Positions 34,496 through 38,130 of a stretch of DNA of 38,130 nt are shown piece by piece; positions within the stretch are counted from its first letter, which is position 1, and each line of letters starts with the position of its first letter. The DNA is from a virus (taxonomy: Duplodnaviria; Caudoviricetes), in the IMG/VR virus record IMGVR_UViG_3300029309_000111, positions 1-38,130 of that record; one strand, 5' to 3'. A program made the translations under genes and the position numbers. Below the pieces are notes generated by a model. The model was not told the origin of the DNA, searched no databases, and saw only the letters and a list, made by a program, of their open reading frames with translations.

Positions 34496-34496
34496 A

Positions 34497-34694
34497 ATGC
34501 GTAGTGACAGAGAAATCAAAAGACTTGCGAACGAGAACATCACGAACCTCACAGATGAGGAGCATGATCGTTTTCTCGTGCTTGAGGAACTCAGGCGGGA
34601 GAAGATGGCGAAGCTGGTAAAAAAGGCTGACGGCGGCATGATCAAAGGTTTTAGTCCCATTGCCCGACCTCAAAGATTCAAAGGAGTATTCTAA
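34497..34694 (+). CDS. small protein with C-terminal GG...FKGVF tag
   Basis: Probable ATG at 34497; ends KKADGGMIKGFSPIARPQRFKGVF. Confidence 0.7.
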   Translation: MRSDREIKRLANENITNLTDEEHDRFLVLEELRREKMAKLVKKADGGMIKGFSPIARPQRFKGVF

Positions 34695-34960
34695 TGGCAC
34701 CTAGAAAACCAAAGACCCCTGAAAAGAAAAAAGACAAGAACATTAAAAAAACCTCTGCTGCAATGGATGCTTTCATGGCTATTGGTCCACATGCACAGGA
34801 TATAGCTAATTATCTTGCTCATGGGACAGCGGCTCTTGGAACTGGCGCTTTAGGTTATGTGCCGTATAAGCTTCGCAAAATTGCAAAAGAAACCAAGGGC
34901 AAGAACCGTGGTGGCGCTGTCATGAAAAAGCGTGGTGGAACATTCAAAGGAGTATTCTGA
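34694..34960 (+). CDS. small basic protein with C-terminal GG...FKGVF tag
   Basis: AAAGGAG RBS; TAATG coupling; ends KNRGGAVMKKRGGTFKGVF. Confidence 0.75.
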   Translation: MAPRKPKTPEKKKDKNIKKTSAAMDAFMAIGPHAQDIANYLAHGTAALGTGALGYVPYKLRKIAKETKGKNRGGAVMKKRGGTFKGVF

Positions 34961-35258
34961 TGAGCGACAAGAAAAAGAAAAAAAAGGTTGTTCGGGCAAC
35001 TGATGCTTCTGCTTTAAACAGATTGCGAAAAAAGTTGGGTGTAGAGTTCCTAGAGGACATGACAGACAAAGAATTACAGGCGGTTCTTGATACACCTGAC
35101 AGCGTCTTTGGCACAATGAAACGTCAGGGAAATGTGGGTTTTGAAAGAGCAAGACGCAAAGCTCTTACAGATGAAGCGTACAAGGATGAAATTTTAAGAA
35201 ACACAAATGGCGCTGTCATGAAAAAGCGCGGCGGAACATTTAAAGGAATCTTCTAATG
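34912..35258 (+). repeat. 51-bp imperfect direct repeat at gene 3' ends (34912-34962 and 35208-35258)
   Basis: 45/51 identity; a 17-bp portion ATTCAAAGGAGTATTCT recurs at 34676-34692. Confidence 0.88.
34960..35256 (+). CDS. small basic protein with C-terminal GG...FKGIF tag
   Basis: AAAGGAG RBS; TGATG coupling; ends GAVMKKRGGTFKGIF. Confidence 0.75.
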   Translation: MSDKKKKKKVVRATDASALNRLRKKLGVEFLEDMTDKELQAVLDTPDSVFGTMKRQGNVGFERARRKALTDEAYKDEILRNTNGAVMKKRGGTFKGIF

Positions 35259-37664
35259 GCTATTGAACCAAGACAGATTGCAGGAATGATGGAGCAGGCC
35301 ATGGGTCCGGGTGGACCAGCAGCCGTGCCCGAAGATGCCATGACCGAGGTCCAAATAGCATTACCCGGTATGGAAGAGTTACCGCCCGGTATTGAACTCG
35401 TTGGTGCGGAGGAAATGGTTGAGGTCGAGGCGGAAGTCTATGATCACAATGCAAATCTGGCCGAGGTTCTAGATAGATCTACGCTTGGTTCTTTGTCCTC
35501 TGATCTTGGGGGTTTAGTTGATGAGGATCGTGAGGGTCGGTCTGAGTGGGAAGAGGCCATTTCGAAGGGCCTGACGTTACTTGGTATAAATTACGATGAG
35601 CGGTCTGAGCCGTTCATGGGGGCGAGTGGTGTAACGCATCCATTGTTATCTGAGGCGATTACGCAGTTTCAGGCCCAGGCTTACAAGGAGATGTTACCAC
35701 CGGGTGGTCCTGTAAAGACGCAGATCCTGGGTGAGCAGAACCGCATGGTTGAGGAGCAGGCTCAACGTGTGAAGGATTACATGAACTATCAGATCACGGA
35801 AGTGATGGAGGAGTTTGATCAGGACACGGATCAGATGTTGTTCTACCTGCCGATCACTGGTTCTACGTTCAAGAAGGTTTACTTTGATCCAACGAAGCAG
35901 AGAGCGGTATCGAAGTTCGTTCCTGCTGAAGATTTGGTTGTTCCGTATCATGCGTCTGATTTGAGAACAGCGGAGCGGTATACACATGTAGTGCGGATGA
36001 GCGAGAACGAGATCCGCAAGATGCAGGTAGGAGGAATATATAGGGATGTTGATTTATCTCCAAGCGAAGATGACCAGTCTGATTCAACAATCCGTGGCAA
36101 AGCTGACGAGATTCAAGGGTTACGCTCTGGATATTCTGATGAGATGTTTACACTTTTTGAAATCCATGTGGACTTGGATCTTGAGGGATTTGAGGATATG
36201 GATCCGCAAGGTGAGACAACAGGTATCAAGCTTCCCTATATCGTCACTATGGATGAATCTTCGGGAGAGATTCTTTCGGTAGTACGCAACTATCGTGAAG
36301 AAGATCCGCTCCGTCGAAAGCGTCAGTACTTTGTTCATTATAAGTTTTTGCCGGGTCTGGGCTTCTACGGTTTTGGTTTGTTGCATATGATAGGAGGATT
36401 GTCTCGTGCTGCAACGTCTATACTCCGTCAGCTTATCGATGCTGGTACGCTCTCGAATCTACCGGGTGGTTTCAAGGCACGGGGAGTCCGCATTAGGAAT
36501 GATGACGAGCCTGTTAACCCGGGTGAGTTTCGTGATCTTGATGCCCCTAGCGGTGATATTAGGAATGCTATTATACCTCTCCCATACAAGGAGCCTTCTG
36601 GAACGCTGGCTCAGTTACTTGGGGTGGTCGTTGATTCGGGCCGAAGATTTGCACAGGTTACGGACACAAAAGTCGCAGATGTCAACTCCAATGCTCCCGT
36701 GGGAACTACAGTGGCCCTTATCGAACAGGGATCAAAAGTAATCTCGAGCATTCACAAGCGCCTGCATTACGCTCAGAAGAACGAGTTCCGCATGCTGGCG
36801 GAGATCTTTGCCGTCAATCCTATGCCTTATCCGTATTCGATTGGTGCAAATATGAATCCTGCAATCATGGCGCAGGATTTTGATGGGCGGGTAGATATCC
36901 TCCCAGTGTCTGACCCGTCCATCTTTTCTATGGCCCAGCGTTTGTCACTGGCTCAAACACAGCTTCAACTAGCGCAGGCTGCACCGCAGATGCACAACAT
37001 GTATGAAGCCTACCGCCGGATGTATGATGCACTGGATGTCAAGAATATCGACTCGATCTTGCCGCCACCACAGCCACCTGCACCAAAGGATCCTGCCACA
37101 GAAAACGCTCTGGCTCTGAAGGGTCAGCAGTTGCAGGCATTCCCGCAGCAGGACAGCATGGCGCACATTCGTGTGCACGTTGCGATGATTCAGTCACCTG
37201 CTATACAGGCAAATCCGCAAGCTTTTGGTATTTTACAGGCGCACATACAGGATCATCTGGCTATCTTTGCCCGTGATGTTATCCAGGATATGTTCGAGCA
37301 GGGTATAATGCAGGCGAAAGCACAGGGCGAAGCTGTGCCTCAGATCGATCCGAACGCTGTTGAAGCGGCGGTGGCACAGCAGATTGCTAATACGATGGAG
37401 CAGCTTGCACCACTACTCAAGCCGCAAACTCCACCTGATCCACTGGTTCAGATTCGTCAGCAAGAGTTGCAGAACGATACGGCTGAGATACAGCGTAAGA
37501 TGCAGAACGATGCACTGGATTTCCAGATTGATCAGGCCAAGTTGCAGCAGGCTTACGATATGGCAATGCAGCGGCAGGCTCTGCAAGAGAAGATTGCTGC
37601 CGATAGAAACGATGTTAACATCTATCGCATCAATACACAGGCTAACTTGAAACGCGGACAGTAA
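35256..37664 (+). CDS. portal protein
   Basis: 802 aa downstream of terL; SGVTHPLLSEA.TQFQA.A..E.LP..GPVK, FLPG.GFYGFGL, RQLIDAGTLSNLP.GFK and a Q-rich C-terminal coiled coil as in P22-like portals. Confidence 0.88.
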   Translation: MAIEPRQIAGMMEQAMGPGGPAAVPEDAMTEVQIALPGMEELPPGIELVGAEEMVEVEAEVYDHNANLAEVLDRSTLGSLSSDLGGLVDEDREGRSEWEEAISKGLTLLGINYDERSEPFMGASGVTHPLLSEAITQFQAQAYKEMLPPGGPVKTQILGEQNRMVEEQAQRVKDYMNYQITEVMEEFDQDTDQMLFYLPITGSTFKKVYFDPTKQRAVSKFVPAEDLVVPYHASDLRTAERYTHVVRMSENEIRKMQVGGIYRDVDLSPSEDDQSDSTIRGKADEIQGLRSGYSDEMFTLFEIHVDLDLEGFEDMDPQGETTGIKLPYIVTMDESSGEILSVVRNYREEDPLRRKRQYFVHYKFLPGLGFYGFGLLHMIGGLSRAATSILRQLIDAGTLSNLPGGFKARGVRIRNDDEPVNPGEFRDLDAPSGDIRNAIIPLPYKEPSGTLAQLLGVVVDSGRRFAQVTDTKVADVNSNAPVGTTVALIEQGSKVISSIHKRLHYAQKNEFRMLAEIFAVNPMPYPYSIGANMNPAIMAQDFDGRVDILPVSDPSIFSMAQRLSLAQTQLQLAQAAPQMHNMYEAYRRMYDALDVKNIDSILPPPQPPAPKDPATENALALKGQQLQAFPQQDSMAHIRVHVAMIQSPAIQANPQAFGILQAHIQDHLAIFARDVIQDMFEQGIMQAKAQGEAVPQIDPNAVEAAVAQQIANTMEQLAPLLKPQTPPDPLVQIRQQELQNDTAEIQRKMQNDALDFQIDQAKLQQAYDMAMQRQALQEKIAADRNDVNIYRINTQANLKRGQ

Positions 37665-37665
37665 A

Positions 37666-37830
37666 ATGGAAAACATTATAATAGCAGCCATATTAGCTGG
37701 AATGGTGCATTCTTACATCACCCCCGATGACAAACAGGAAGCATTTGTTGATGAAACGAATTGGAAAAGTGTAGGTAACTTCTCCGTTAAGAGCGGAGAG
37801 GTAGAGTGGGTAATGATCACCGATGACTAA
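37666..37830 (+). CDS. hypothetical 54-aa protein with hydrophobic N-terminus (not in ORF track)
   Basis: MENIIIAAILAGMVHSYITPDDKQEAFVDETNWKSVGNFSVKSGEVEWVMITDD*; fills the gap between coupled genes. Confidence 0.6.
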   Translation: MENIIIAAILAGMVHSYITPDDKQEAFVDETNWKSVGNFSVKSGEVEWVMITDD

Positions 37831-38044
37831 AGAGTTTATCCTGGTGATTTCTATGTGGGGCTTTGACGGCTATGAATGGCAGTACATAGGAAACCAGGTT
37901 GCTCTTCAACAGCCTTTTACAGAAGCTCAGTGTGTACATTTAATAGATGAGAACATGTGGAAAGCAACGTACCACAATCAGTATTATAAGATGGTCGCAC
38001 ACTGTTTTCCTACAGATTGCTCTGGGAAGACTTCGTGTGATTAA
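37823..38044 (+). CDS. hypothetical protein
   Basis: 73-aa ORF overlapping both neighbours. Confidence 0.6.
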   Translation: MTKEFILVISMWGFDGYEWQYIGNQVALQQPFTEAQCVHLIDENMWKATYHNQYYKMVAHCFPTDCSGKTSCD

Positions 38045-38130
38045 TGCCAAAACTGAATGAAAATACAGAATTATCTATGCCAATCCGCAACCTTATCGCG
38101 TTGCTTATAGCGGCAACGGTAGGGACATGG
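38044..38130 (+). CDS. membrane-anchored phage protein (3'-truncated)
   Basis: TAATG coupling; MPKLNENTELSMPIRNLIALLIAATVGTW runs off the window. Confidence 0.6.
   Translation, partial: MPKLNENTELSMPIRNLIALLIAATVGTW

Noticed and set aside
1-38130. tRNA, integrase/att site, intron or intein, IS element
   Set aside because: No cloverleaf or recombinase/transposase motifs were seen, and polA, the helicases and terL appear uninterrupted and of normal length. A tRNAscan/Infernal run would be needed to exclude small RNAs fully.

Overview
This window is part of a tailed dsDNA bacteriophage genome, probably a marine podovirus-like phage of an alphaproteobacterial host. The gene content and order resemble the HTVC023P/uvMED-type group; this is recognition only, not a database result. 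It has four blocks. (1) 1-11414 (+): tail and internal-virion/ejection genes and a GH24 lysozyme. (2) 11478-26061 (-): replication genes (family A DNA polymerase with Leu762, UvrD-like SF1 helicase, AEP primase, SSB-like protein, SNF2 helicase), a small RHH regulator, a stand-alone SET-domain methyltransferase, an AT-hook protein, and many small early genes. (3) 26062-29455: an origin-like repeat region, terS and a PD-(D/E)XK nuclease (+), then two leftward cassettes with their own promoters and terminators, bordered by CCTGCGG repeats. (4) 29456-38130 (+): terL, five otherwise unrelated genes that share C-terminal GG-motif tags (one is ADP-ribosyltransferase-like), the portal, and small genes. 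The strongest leads are a possible tag-based capsid cargo system, a SET enzyme paired with an H3-like/AT-hook protein, an early-gene array built on an identical 15-bp RBS/start junction, and an operator shared by four leftward promoters. No integrase, capsid gene, tRNA or CRISPR array was seen. All function calls come from motif recognition by eye.
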